In this document: in pieces, positions 9,936-18,418 of the stretch | Numbering within the stretch: the stretch's first letter is position 1 | Layout: each line of letters begins with the position of its first letter | Sequence record: NC_048077.1 | Strand: one strand, 5' to 3' | Length of the DNA stretch: 64,000 nucleotides | Notes under the pieces: model-generated | The model's input: only the letters and a program-made list of their open reading frames with translations | The model's database searches: none | What the model was told of the DNA's origin: nothing | Translations under genes and position numbers: made by a program

Positions 9936-10523
9936 ATGGATCTATCTGCAATTGGTTATGCAAGAAAAGACTTTCGTGTGATTCCGGTACATGAAGGATC
10001 TTTTGTGCGCGATTTCCTGCAAGGGGAATTTAAAGTGATGGGGATCGAGTGTGACGCTCGCGCATCATATAATAGTCCAATTCAGACTAGACTAAAATCC
10101 ATCTTCCCAAATCTGGCGCAGCAAATGAAAGCTGTACAGCCAGATACTAAGTTGTTGGGTACGACAATTCTTTCTGCTGTTAACACGCATTCCATACAAT
10201 GCGGCTTGATTGCGAACATGTTTATCTCAACTGGATTTGGTTTAGACCGAACTGGAAAAAATAAAAGACAGACTCCTGTAGATCGTTTTAGTGAAAAATT
10301 TCTGATCGAATCATTTCGAAACCTTGTGACGCAACTCAGGCGGCGCAACATCGATCCTGATCGTCAAATCGCGGTACAGCGTTTTTACGGTGGCCCAGGT
10401 GGTGTTGAGTGGAAGAAAGTTCAGGACGTGCTTGATATGATCTGCGAAGAACATCGCATAAACATTATGGCATATCTTCCGAAAGGTCATGACGCGAATT
10501 TTGTGTCTGACTCTAACCACTAA
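9936..10523 (+). CDS. divergent macrodomain-like protein
   Basis: IPVHEGSF / GIECDA..YNSPIQTRLKSIFP / IANMF / QRFYGGPGGVEWKKV align by eye to macrodomain GDL / hgCN..MG.GIA..ik..FP / IaNl / PRIGCGLGGLDW. Confidence 0.55.
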   Translation: MDLSAIGYARKDFRVIPVHEGSFVRDFLQGEFKVMGIECDARASYNSPIQTRLKSIFPNLAQQMKAVQPDTKLLGTTILSAVNTHSIQCGLIANMFISTGFGLDRTGKNKRQTPVDRFSEKFLIESFRNLVTQLRRRNIDPDRQIAVQRFYGGPGGVEWKKVQDVLDMICEEHRINIMAYLPKGHDANFVSDSNH

Positions 10524-10531
10524 GGTGCGTT

Positions 10532-10846
10532 ATGATTCGACAAATTGTACACATCGCATTCGGAGACGATACCGATACAGATCAGGAATTGATTGAGTCT
10601 ATTGATTGGGACAAAGAACTCGGTTCCGTTACGTTGAGTTTTGCACGCGGCGCAACGGAAGTTATTAAAGCACTCCAAAATAACGAAAGCCTCTATGCGC
10701 AATCGTCGGAAGGAATCTATCGTGTTCAGTATTATTGTCCTTTCCGGTTTCTGGTTCCCGAAGCAGGTGCGGAGATTTCACGCATTACTTTGGGGTTGCG
10801 GTTAGTCACTTTCCATCCGGGTCAGTTTCTCGTGATGGTGGAATAA
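10532..10846 (+). CDS. hypothetical protein
   Basis: AAGG RBS; tiles the operon. Confidence 0.6.
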   Translation: MIRQIVHIAFGDDTDTDQELIESIDWDKELGSVTLSFARGATEVIKALQNNESLYAQSSEGIYRVQYYCPFRFLVPEAGAEISRITLGLRLVTFHPGQFLVMVE

Positions 10847-10851
10847 TAAAC

Positions 10852-11496
10852 ATGTTCAATAAAAATGAGATTGATAAACTTGTTCTGGAAATGGATTTAG
10901 GAAATATTCCTCGTCCTACTGATGAACTTGTTTCAGAGGTTCTCTCTCACGGGAAAACCCGCGTTCTTTCAAACTCCGGGGAAAATCTTGATCCATTCAC
11001 TAAGCAATTTTTTGCTTTCTGTTGGACTCAAGTTGGGCGTTTTGGATTTAACAATCTTAATGCTGTTGAGATTGGATTCCTTACGCACATCCAGCCTTTC
11101 TATATCGCCTGCGCAATCAGTCGCTACGGTATGGATTGGGCTACTAAGTTTCTGCATATGAAAAGAATCACGGCAATTCACCGAAGCAAATTCAGTGTGA
11201 TTAAATTCCGTGATAACTATTTTTCAGTGTTCGACTTAGAACGAAATCTAAATTCAGGCCATTCCCTTAACAACATAACTCGCGAGTATCGCGGTTATAT
11301 CAAGGCTGATGATGTTTTGGGATTGCGCGAAGCGGTTGCTAATTCTGGTTCTTCTATCTGCATGGTATTTGCGGAGAAGCCGATTTTCCGACTTCCGACT
11401 GACGACGAACGTAAAGCAGACGTAAAGCCTAAGCGCAAGCGCACGCCGAAAGGAGATTACAATCCTCGGTATAGCGGCGTCGATGCTGACATATAA
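10852..11496 (+). CDS. hypothetical protein
   Basis: ATG 10852 follows the previous stop, chosen over the longer overlapping start at 10735. Confidence 0.65.
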   Translation: MFNKNEIDKLVLEMDLGNIPRPTDELVSEVLSHGKTRVLSNSGENLDPFTKQFFAFCWTQVGRFGFNNLNAVEIGFLTHIQPFYIACAISRYGMDWATKFLHMKRITAIHRSKFSVIKFRDNYFSVFDLERNLNSGHSLNNITREYRGYIKADDVLGLREAVANSGSSICMVFAEKPIFRLPTDDERKADVKPKRKRTPKGDYNPRYSGVDADI

Positions 11497-11539
11497 TTGA
11501 ATGGGCAGCAAGCGCCGCCCATTTTCATAAGGCGCAAAT

Positions 11540-11836
11540 ATGATTAGCGACATTACAGAGAATTTTATTTATTGTTCCCCTAGCGGAATTCCATTTCGCG
11601 TAAAAGAGATTGCTGCACACGGACAAGATTGTTCTCTGGCTATGGTTGTCTATGAGAATTTGGAACCTACGAAAGACTATCCGGCTTTTAAAACGTGGGT
11701 GCTTCCGGAATCTTTGTTCGTGAAACAGTTTTCTGAATATTCAGAAGGAAAGTTTTATGAACGAAACAACATTGTTGCATCATCTAAAATCGCGCCATTG
11801 GAATGCGGAGAAGCATTTCGGTTGGCTGTCTCCTAA
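11540..11836 (+). CDS. DUF1653-like protein
   Basis: FRVKEIAAH..C...MVVYENL......WVLPESLF matches the DUF1653 pattern. Confidence 0.6.
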   Translation: MISDITENFIYCSPSGIPFRVKEIAAHGQDCSLAMVVYENLEPTKDYPAFKTWVLPESLFVKQFSEYSEGKFYERNNIVASSKIAPLECGEAFRLAVS

Positions 11837-12267
11837 TCAACTGACTGTTCCGCTGTATAGTTTTGATCGCGCAATGCGCGGGGTTCAGGTATACACTCCG
11901 GAAGCGCCAAAGAAAGATCCTAATCCAAAAGCATGTCGTTATTTTACGCGGGTGTTTGGTGGCAAACAGTTGGTGTGGGGAACGGAAATTATACCTGAAC
12001 GGGACGACCGTATTTTTAACTGAATCAGTTTTCAAAGCGTGCGCATTACATAGCGTTGGCGCTAATGCGTGGTCTGTTCTCGGAAGCAAAGTAAACCAAC
12101 AATTGAAACAGCAATTGAGTTTGCTTGGTCTACGCTTTGTTTGCGTGGGCGATAACGATAAAGCGGGTGAAGAGTTTGCAGAAACTTTTCTGCACGGATG
12201 CACGTCGAATGATCTTGATGAGTTATCTCAAGATGAATTGCGTGAGTTAGTTAATAAATTCAGGTGA
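11757..12267 (+). pseudogene. Toprim-domain (primase-like) protein split by a frameshift at about 12012-12018
   Basis: The first frame ends ...DDRIFN* and the +1 frame continues FLTESVFKA...VCVGDNDKAG...DLDE (Toprim E and DxD motifs). Junction ATTTTTA; AAGGA RBS before ATG 11757; no RBS/ATG for the 3' half. Confidence 0.65.
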
Positions 12268-12271
12268 AGAA

Positions 12272-12451
12272 ATGACTAAAGAACAAAAAGAATTACTTGC
12301 CGCTGTTGAGACTGCTTATGGCGGGAAGCCGAAAGTTATTTGCGACGAAACAAATAACACGGTCGAGGATATTGAGAATAATAATCTCAATCTCACTATC
12401 ATTCTTCCTCTGCCTGCAAAGTTCATTAAGTTTGAAGCAGTAGTTCAATAG
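12272..12451 (+). CDS. 59-aa protein resembling the tail-sheath C-terminal segment (not in the ORF track)
   Basis: MTKEQKELLAAVETAYGGKPKVICDETNNTVEDIENNNLNLTIILPLPAKFIKFEAVVQ; AGGTG RBS; fills the gap exactly. Confidence 0.7.
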   Translation: MTKEQKELLAAVETAYGGKPKVICDETNNTVEDIENNNLNLTIILPLPAKFIKFEAVVQ

Positions 12452-12459
12452 GAAAACGT

Positions 12460-13302
12460 ATGATTCACGCGAGTCCAATTAAATTTCAAGGGAACAAGCG
12501 CCAGCTAATGCCTGTTATTCATAGCTTGCTCCCTACTGGCTGCACACGGATGATTGATGCTTTTGGCGGTAGCGGTGTTGTTACTGCCAACATGCAATTC
12601 AAATCGCGTCTGTACGTTGAGAAACATCCTCAAGTTTTCGAAATCGTTAAGCACATTTCGCAGAATGATCCGAAAGCAACTGTACGCCGTATTAAAAACA
12701 TGGTGAAGAAATTCGCGCTGACTAACAGCAACGAAAAACAGTTTGAGGATTTCAAGAAGTACGCGAACAACAAAAACGATCCACTGCTGTTTTATATTCT
12801 GCACCGCCATGCGCATAGCAACCTGTTGCGTTTTAATCTTTCTGGCGAATTCAATACGCCGTTTGGAGATCGTGGTCTGCTTGGTCGCATGGATGAAGTG
12901 GAACAGGAGATTACGAAGTTTTGCGAACTCATGGAAGGCGTTCAATTCTATTGCGGCAGTTACACTGGCGTAGTGGAAGCACTTCTTCGCCGAAAGCAAC
13001 TCAACGCGAAAACTTTTTTCTATTTCGATCCTCCTTATCTGGCCTCTGGCGCGAACACTTACGCCAAATGGACAGAAGAAGATGAACAGCGTTTGCTGAA
13101 CAATTTGGTAGGGCTTTCCAATCGTAACGTTCGTTGGATGTTGAGCAACGTTACAGAACATCGTCATTTCAAAAACCAATTCCTGATTAAATGGTTGAAG
13201 AAAAATGATGTAAAGGTACATAAGATCGACAAGCATTATTGTTTGGCGAACTCTCATCGCGATTCTCATGGAACAAAAGAGATCATCGTGACCAACTATT
13301 AG
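12460..13302 (+). CDS. dam: DNA adenine methyltransferase, Dam/D12 class
   Basis: SPIKFQGNK, SAM-binding DAFGGSG, catalytic FYFDPPY, WMLSN. Confidence 0.9.
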   Translation: MIHASPIKFQGNKRQLMPVIHSLLPTGCTRMIDAFGGSGVVTANMQFKSRLYVEKHPQVFEIVKHISQNDPKATVRRIKNMVKKFALTNSNEKQFEDFKKYANNKNDPLLFYILHRHAHSNLLRFNLSGEFNTPFGDRGLLGRMDEVEQEITKFCELMEGVQFYCGSYTGVVEALLRRKQLNAKTFFYFDPPYLASGANTYAKWTEEDEQRLLNNLVGLSNRNVRWMLSNVTEHRHFKNQFLIKWLKKNDVKVHKIDKHYCLANSHRDSHGTKEIIVTNY

Positions 13303-13317
13303 CGTGTGGAGTTAATC

Positions 13318-13461
13318 ATGATTAGTTTTATCAAACATTGCGATCAAGACTTCATTGAAACGGTTAAACGCAGCATTGCATTACGCGTGATTGTCTATGT
13401 AAGTCTGGCGGTCAATGCTTTGCTGCTGACCAATCTCGCTGTAAAACTTTTTATTAAGTAA
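13318..13461 (+). CDS. 47-aa single-pass membrane protein (not in the ORF track)
   Basis: GGAG RBS; MISFIKHCDQDFIETVKRSIALRVIVYVSLAVNALLLTNLAVKLFIK. Confidence 0.6.
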   Translation: MISFIKHCDQDFIETVKRSIALRVIVYVSLAVNALLLTNLAVKLFIK

Positions 13462-13469
13462 GGATCGAT

Positions 13470-14192
13470 ATGGAAAACTTCGGTGCTATCTCTGCCAAAA
13501 GTTTGGGCAGATTCGAGGCATACGCGAAATGGGAATCAACGTTCGAACACGGTTCCAATTTTGAAATCTTTCTGAAACAGTCCGAAGCAGTACGCAAGGC
13601 GCTCTTTCTCAAAGAAGAAGATCTCGAATTGCTCCGCGACGTTTGGCGCACTTATCACGTTGGCATTCCGTCTGCGAATCATCAAGTGAACATTGTTATT
13701 GCGGCGTTGAATCTCGATCCTATTCAGGAAGTTTTACGCCGCTACAAAGACATTTTGGATCAACAAACGATAGTGGATGCTTACGAACATGGTGTGAACA
13801 TCTACGAAGAAATTGTTCTCATCCAAACCGCTCGCCGTATGGTTGACAGCAATATCGCTATGTATTGCGCGGAAGTATTGGTAAAGGATTACGAAGACCG
13901 AAACGAAAATCGTTGTCTTGCTTTTCCGGGTATGCCAAATCTTCACCCACTTCTGCAAATTGCTTTCGAATACACGGCAAAATATTTGGTCGAGGAAAAC
14001 GGTTCGTTTGTTAGTTCCATGATGACTCGCTTTAACGATCAACCAATCATCTACCGCTATCCGTTGGATATGTCAGACGACGGGAACGTTGTTATTTTAA
14101 CGGGCGGCGGTTCGATTTATCTGTTAGGCAAACCGCCGCGTACTGATACTGCGGCAAACCATTTGAAAATTGTAAGGAACACCGATGAGTAA
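13470..14192 (+). CDS. hypothetical protein
   Basis: AAGGA RBS; 240 aa. Confidence 0.7.
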   Translation: MENFGAISAKSLGRFEAYAKWESTFEHGSNFEIFLKQSEAVRKALFLKEEDLELLRDVWRTYHVGIPSANHQVNIVIAALNLDPIQEVLRRYKDILDQQTIVDAYEHGVNIYEEIVLIQTARRMVDSNIAMYCAEVLVKDYEDRNENRCLAFPGMPNLHPLLQIAFEYTAKYLVEENGSFVSSMMTRFNDQPIIYRYPLDMSDDGNVVILTGGGSIYLLGKPPRTDTAANHLKIVRNTDE

Positions 14193-14439
14193 CGAGAAGT
14201 GCGAAGAAGTTGGTTGTGTTGGGTCAGTCAGGCCAGACGGCGTAGAAGGTGTGCCGGGAAGCGATGAATGGACTCCAGCGGCAGGCAGTGAAAAAGGCAA
14301 ACTGGAAGATCCGTTCGACAACGAAAACTTTTTCGATAATCTGGAAGTCGATGAAAATCGCATTCTGGAAATGCAGAAAGGCGGCGGCGAAGTTGTGGAA
14401 CCGTCTAACGAATGCGAAAGCGGCGCGTGCATGATCTAA
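14185..14439 (+). CDS. small acidic protein with two CxxxxC motifs and an NrdA-like C-terminal tail
   Basis: N-terminal CEEVGC, C-terminal ECESGACMI*; AAGGA RBS. Confidence 0.7.
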   Translation: MSNEKCEEVGCVGSVRPDGVEGVPGSDEWTPAAGSEKGKLEDPFDNENFFDNLEVDENRILEMQKGGGEVVEPSNECESGACMI

Positions 14440-14447
14440 TATAAAAA

Positions 14448-14480
14448 CTGTAAATAAGGGGTAAGGAAACTTACCCTTTT
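14448..14480 (+). promoter_or_regulatory. CTGTAAATA motif + terminator hairpin (cassette 1)
   Basis: CTGTAAATA at 14448-14456; GGGTAAG-GAAA-CTTACCC then TTTT. Confidence 0.65.
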
Positions 14481-14519
14481 CTATTTGTGGTAGCTTTTTA
14501 ACTTTAATGGGGAAACCAT

Positions 14520-15098
14520 ATGACTTTCGAACCTGAACACTTTCATTTCAGCCTTGCGCATGAGAAAAACTTTCTCGCATACGCTCGTATGCGTTTGATT
14601 GGTGCCTCACTGACGAAAGAAAACTTCTTCGAGAAAGTTTTTCGTCCGGCAGGTGAAAAGCTGGATAGCGAGATCATGCAGATCTTCACCGATCTTCCCG
14701 GCACGCAGGAAATGCACGCTAACATCGGCTTGGATTCCAATCGCGATTACGAAAAGGTGTTGCACGAAATTCAACTCGGCTATGAGTATCATTACGATCT
14801 CTGGCGGCAGAAGCACGAAGCATTAGAAAAAGTTGTTCTGAATGTGCTCTGCGCAGTGAGTGACAACAACGCTCACATGCGTTCACCTCACTGGAAGATT
14901 CCGGATGATGTTGATTCTCGCGTCTGCGTTTACGGCTGCCATTGTGGTTTCCTTTTACGAATTGCAGACCAATTCTTTGTGCGTCCTCGCCTTCGCAAAG
15001 AGTTGCTCTCAAAAGATTATCCTCCAACGATTCGTGTTCAGATTGCTGTAGCTCCGAATCAGGACTTTACCTTTGCAACTCTACGCCGTGCATTCTAA
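14520..15098 (+). CDS. hypothetical protein
   Basis: GGGGA RBS; first gene after cassette 1. Confidence 0.7.
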   Translation: MTFEPEHFHFSLAHEKNFLAYARMRLIGASLTKENFFEKVFRPAGEKLDSEIMQIFTDLPGTQEMHANIGLDSNRDYEKVLHEIQLGYEYHYDLWRQKHEALEKVVLNVLCAVSDNNAHMRSPHWKIPDDVDSRVCVYGCHCGFLLRIADQFFVRPRLRKELLSKDYPPTIRVQIAVAPNQDFTFATLRRAF

Positions 15099-15463
15099 TG
15101 AAAGAAATTCTTATCACTCGCGAAAGAAGATCTGAAATGTTCAAACAACTTCTGGCACTCCAAACGCAATTCTTTCATGCGCGTAAATGGACGTGGCGTG
15201 AAGGTTGGTGCGCTGGCGAAGAGTGTGACGAATGGATAGATGAATCCGGTTCTATTATGTGGGCGTCTGTTCAGGATTACATTTTCTCGCCAGCAAACAT
15301 TATGATGTTCATGGAGAGACACGAAATCTCTATCGAGCATAACGGAAAAGAAAGTTACACGGCAATAACTAATACCGGGATTGTTGGTCACGGTATTTGC
15401 CACCGTAGCGCTGTATTGACAGCAATGATTAATCACTACAGGAAAGAAAATGGAATCAATTAA
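15098..15463 (+). CDS. hypothetical protein, NinX/ABA-sandwich-like
   Basis: TAATG coupling; ..SPANIMMFMERHEISI...YTA...G.G...SAVLTAMI resembles the NinX-type family. Confidence 0.5.
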   Translation: MKEILITRERRSEMFKQLLALQTQFFHARKWTWREGWCAGEECDEWIDESGSIMWASVQDYIFSPANIMMFMERHEISIEHNGKESYTAITNTGIVGHGICHRSAVLTAMINHYRKENGIN

Positions 15464-15944
15464 TCTGCCAATCAAAGATCGCGTACAGCATTACCCATTC
15501 CTTGCTGCGGCGTTCAGTCTGGCGAATATTTCTAAGGCGCGGCGTCGTGCGTGTGGCGCTGTTCTGGTTCGCGAGATTAACGGCATTCCGACTATCGTTG
15601 GTAGCGGAGTAAACGGAACGGAACCGAAGGAAGAAAACCTTTGCGAGACTCACGATCTCACGCTGTCTTTTCCCGGTACTGTTCACGCAGAGATCAATTG
15701 CGTTTCTCCTTTTCGCGAGAGCGCAAAAGACACGGACATTCTTTATATCACCGATTCGCCGTGTGAATTCTGTCTGGAGTTTTTGAAAACAACTTCGATT
15801 CGCACTGTTGTTTTCGCTCGCTGTTATCGCATCACGGAACATATGGAAAAAGCAGAAGGCTTCCGCTTTATTCATATTCCGGAACAGGCAGTGATTGACT
15901 ATATGAACAGTTCAATTTCTCGCATGTCGCAGGTTATTTCGTAA
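15450..15944 (+). CDS. dCMP deaminase
   Basis: SKARRRACGAVLV, VGSGVNG, Zn ligands HAE and SPCEFC. Confidence 0.9.
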   Translation: MESINLPIKDRVQHYPFLAAAFSLANISKARRRACGAVLVREINGIPTIVGSGVNGTEPKEENLCETHDLTLSFPGTVHAEINCVSPFRESAKDTDILYITDSPCEFCLEFLKTTSIRTVVFARCYRITEHMEKAEGFRFIHIPEQAVIDYMNSSISRMSQVIS

Positions 15945-15953
15945 GGCGTCAAA

Positions 15954-16406
15954 ATGGATCAAGTCTATAAATGCCGAAACTGCAAACACATCTATGACGG
16001 AATTGTTAGTAGTTGTGATTGCAATAACGAACCGTTCAAATACACAACTTATTTGGCGATTCCAAAACCAACTCTGCGTAACCCAAAACTGATTGATCAG
16101 TCGCTCATTTCTCCGGGCGTATGGGTACGCAAAGGAACCACAATTTTCGCAGTAACGCCTCAGAAGAAATTTATCGTGGGAACAAGTTCTTCTGAATGTG
16201 ATGATCCGGCACAAGAAGCAGAAGCTGCTATTGCTAATGCGCGTGTAATGGGCGCGAGCAAATTGATGCTCGAAACTTTAATGGTTCTCCAATCGCATTT
16301 CCGCACACGCATTGCTATTAATCCGACTTCGGATGTGCCGCGCTCAATGCTGGAGTTAGTCAACAACGCAATTCAGTATGCAACTGTCGATGCAGAACAG
16401 GAATAA
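15954..16406 (+). CDS. hypothetical protein with N-terminal Zn-ribbon
   Basis: YKCRNC....CDC. Confidence 0.65.
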   Translation: MDQVYKCRNCKHIYDGIVSSCDCNNEPFKYTTYLAIPKPTLRNPKLIDQSLISPGVWVRKGTTIFAVTPQKKFIVGTSSSECDDPAQEAEAAIANARVMGASKLMLETLMVLQSHFRTRIAINPTSDVPRSMLELVNNAIQYATVDAEQE

Positions 16407-16408
16407 AA

Positions 16409-17281
16409 ATGGACTACTACTTTTCTCTTGAAGAACTAAGAGCGTGGGCGCGAGTTTGTTTAATCGTGATCGTATTTGGTTCTCTCTTTTACTCGATGTA
16501 CACCAACTATGTGCGCAATAAATATGAAAAGATTGCGCGTCGTATGTACATCAATGGCGAGCTTGCTGCGGGTCAAGTGTGGCAGCATTATCGCAATAAG
16601 CGTTACTACACGATTCAGGTTGTGTCTAATGCAATTGCGAACGGCAAAGAGTGGCCTCTCACTATCGTATACATGACGGCGAAAGGTTATGCAGTTTACA
16701 GTCGTCCTGCGCACGAATTTATTCGCAAGTTTAAATTGGTGGACGAAGAATCAAACGCACGCGAAACTCCCACGCAAAATCTTCTTGCGTTAATGTCATA
16801 TGTGACGGGACGAGTTTCATTACCGGAACAAGGTTCTAAATGGGTGCGTGAATATGGAGTGCCTACTGGAACATTTAACGAACTCGGTCACTGCGAAACG
16901 CGATTGGTGAAAGAAAAGATTGTGGTTGATAACGTAACTAACCTCAATCAACCGTGTCCGTATGTGAACTATACAGATCAAAACGGTTCGAAGAAAACAA
17001 TCACGCTGCATCACTTCCGACAAAATTTTGTGAAAGATGTAGTGATTACGGATCGCGTGTCGCACTGCATTCTGAATAACGAGAATGTGGCAGCATTGGA
17101 CGAAGCGACTCTTCGCGATGGTGATCGCGTAACTGTAAAAGAAGTAGTAGATAACGAATTTATCGTTGTCGATTACTGCGGCATTTCTGCGAAACTTGTA
17201 ATGGCTACAAAAGGTTTTTACGTGGGCGCAGAATACGTTATTAATGATGGCTGTCTGACGATAGGGAAAGACGATGAGTAA
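16409..17281 (+). CDS. membrane-anchored protein with a DUF1653-like domain
   Basis: N-terminal TM (VCLIVIVFGSLFYSMY); GQVWQHYRNKRYYTI...TIVY....VYSRPAHEF. Confidence 0.6.
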   Translation: MDYYFSLEELRAWARVCLIVIVFGSLFYSMYTNYVRNKYEKIARRMYINGELAAGQVWQHYRNKRYYTIQVVSNAIANGKEWPLTIVYMTAKGYAVYSRPAHEFIRKFKLVDEESNARETPTQNLLALMSYVTGRVSLPEQGSKWVREYGVPTGTFNELGHCETRLVKEKIVVDNVTNLNQPCPYVNYTDQNGSKKTITLHHFRQNFVKDVVITDRVSHCILNNENVAALDEATLRDGDRVTVKEVVDNEFIVVDYCGISAKLVMATKGFYVGAEYVINDGCLTIGKDDE

Positions 17282-18377
17282 TTACCCGCAACTGGATCTC
17301 ACCAAAGAGCGCGACTTTGAAATGTACGCTTACGACAATTACGATTGTTTGTATATGGGGCGCGTCGATGCAATCAGAGCCGAAGGGCGTCCGGTGAGCG
17401 ATCCGAAACGTACAGAAGATCAGTGGCGCACAATTCCCGGTTGTGTTATCCAACTTGCAAATACAGCAATGGCTTTCCCTGCGCCGCTTTCTAAAAAAGC
17501 AAATTGGGTTGCGGCTGTTGATGAAAGCTGCTGGTTCATGCGAGGCGAAACAAATATCAATTCACTCAATTCTAAAATTTGGGATGAGTGGGCTGATGAA
17601 TCCGGCGAATGTGGCCCGATCTATGGTGAAATGTGGCGGCGCTGGCCTGACCTCAAAGCGTTCTATGATTACACGCAACCTTCTGGCGTGTGTCCGGATG
17701 CCGATGTGATTCGTGCTCGCAAAGAAATCGAACGTATGCGTGCGGCAGGCTACAAAGAAACGATGATGCTGGACGGTCGCATTCTGTTTGAAGGCGAAAT
17801 TGATCAGTTGCTGGAAGCGTTAATCGCAATCAAAGATCGTTCGCGTTCGCGCCGCATTCGTGTTCAGGCATTCAATCCTTCTTATCTGCATATGCAGGGA
17901 TTGCCGCCGTGTCACACTGGTTTCGAATTCAACGTGTTGCCGTCAACGCTTTATGAACAAACGATCATGCGTGCTGCACACGGAGAAGCGTTCGAAGAAA
18001 CTCTGCACATTAGCGTCTTTCTTAGATCAAGTGATACCCTCTTGGGTTTGCCCTTTAATGTGATCGGCTATTGCTCTATCTTCCATCTGTTCGCGAAATA
18101 TTGCGGTCTGAATATCGGTAGCTTTACGATTGACAGCACCAACACGCACGTTTACGAACATCACTGGTCGGCGCTGGATAAACAGCGTGAGCAATTCGAA
18201 GAACTGGTTGCGGAAGTTCGTAGCACTGGCAATCCGATGCAATATCCGATCATGCGTATCGATCCGAAAATCTTCTCGCTGGAGCCGAAAGAACTTCTGG
18301 ATTCGATTAGCGTAGAAATGTTTAATCTCGAAGGTTACAATCCGAAAGGTAAGATTACCGGGCGCGTGACCAAATAA
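17274..18377 (+). CDS. thyA: thymidylate synthase
   Basis: ESCWFMRGETN, IWDEWA, GPIYG, SRRI, catalytic LPPCH, RSSD.LLGLPFN, HVY. Confidence 0.9.
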   Translation: MSNYPQLDLTKERDFEMYAYDNYDCLYMGRVDAIRAEGRPVSDPKRTEDQWRTIPGCVIQLANTAMAFPAPLSKKANWVAAVDESCWFMRGETNINSLNSKIWDEWADESGECGPIYGEMWRRWPDLKAFYDYTQPSGVCPDADVIRARKEIERMRAAGYKETMMLDGRILFEGEIDQLLEALIAIKDRSRSRRIRVQAFNPSYLHMQGLPPCHTGFEFNVLPSTLYEQTIMRAAHGEAFEETLHISVFLRSSDTLLGLPFNVIGYCSIFHLFAKYCGLNIGSFTIDSTNTHVYEHHWSALDKQREQFEELVAEVRSTGNPMQYPIMRIDPKIFSLEPKELLDSISVEMFNLEGYNPKGKITGRVTK

Positions 18378-18418
18378 ACTATGGCGGCCTTGTGCCGCCT
18401 TTTTCATAGGGAATCCGT

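Noticed and set aside
12293-12478. 61-aa minus-strand ORF from the track
   Set aside because: Shadow of the plus-strand 59-aa ORF 12272..12451, which has an RBS and fits operon direction.
17274-18377. dCMP hydroxymethylase (DNA hypermodification) instead of ThyA
   Set aside because: Keeps Asn in GLPFN (dUMP specificity) rather than the Asp of T4 gp42-type enzymes; no glycosyltransferase or modification cluster nearby.
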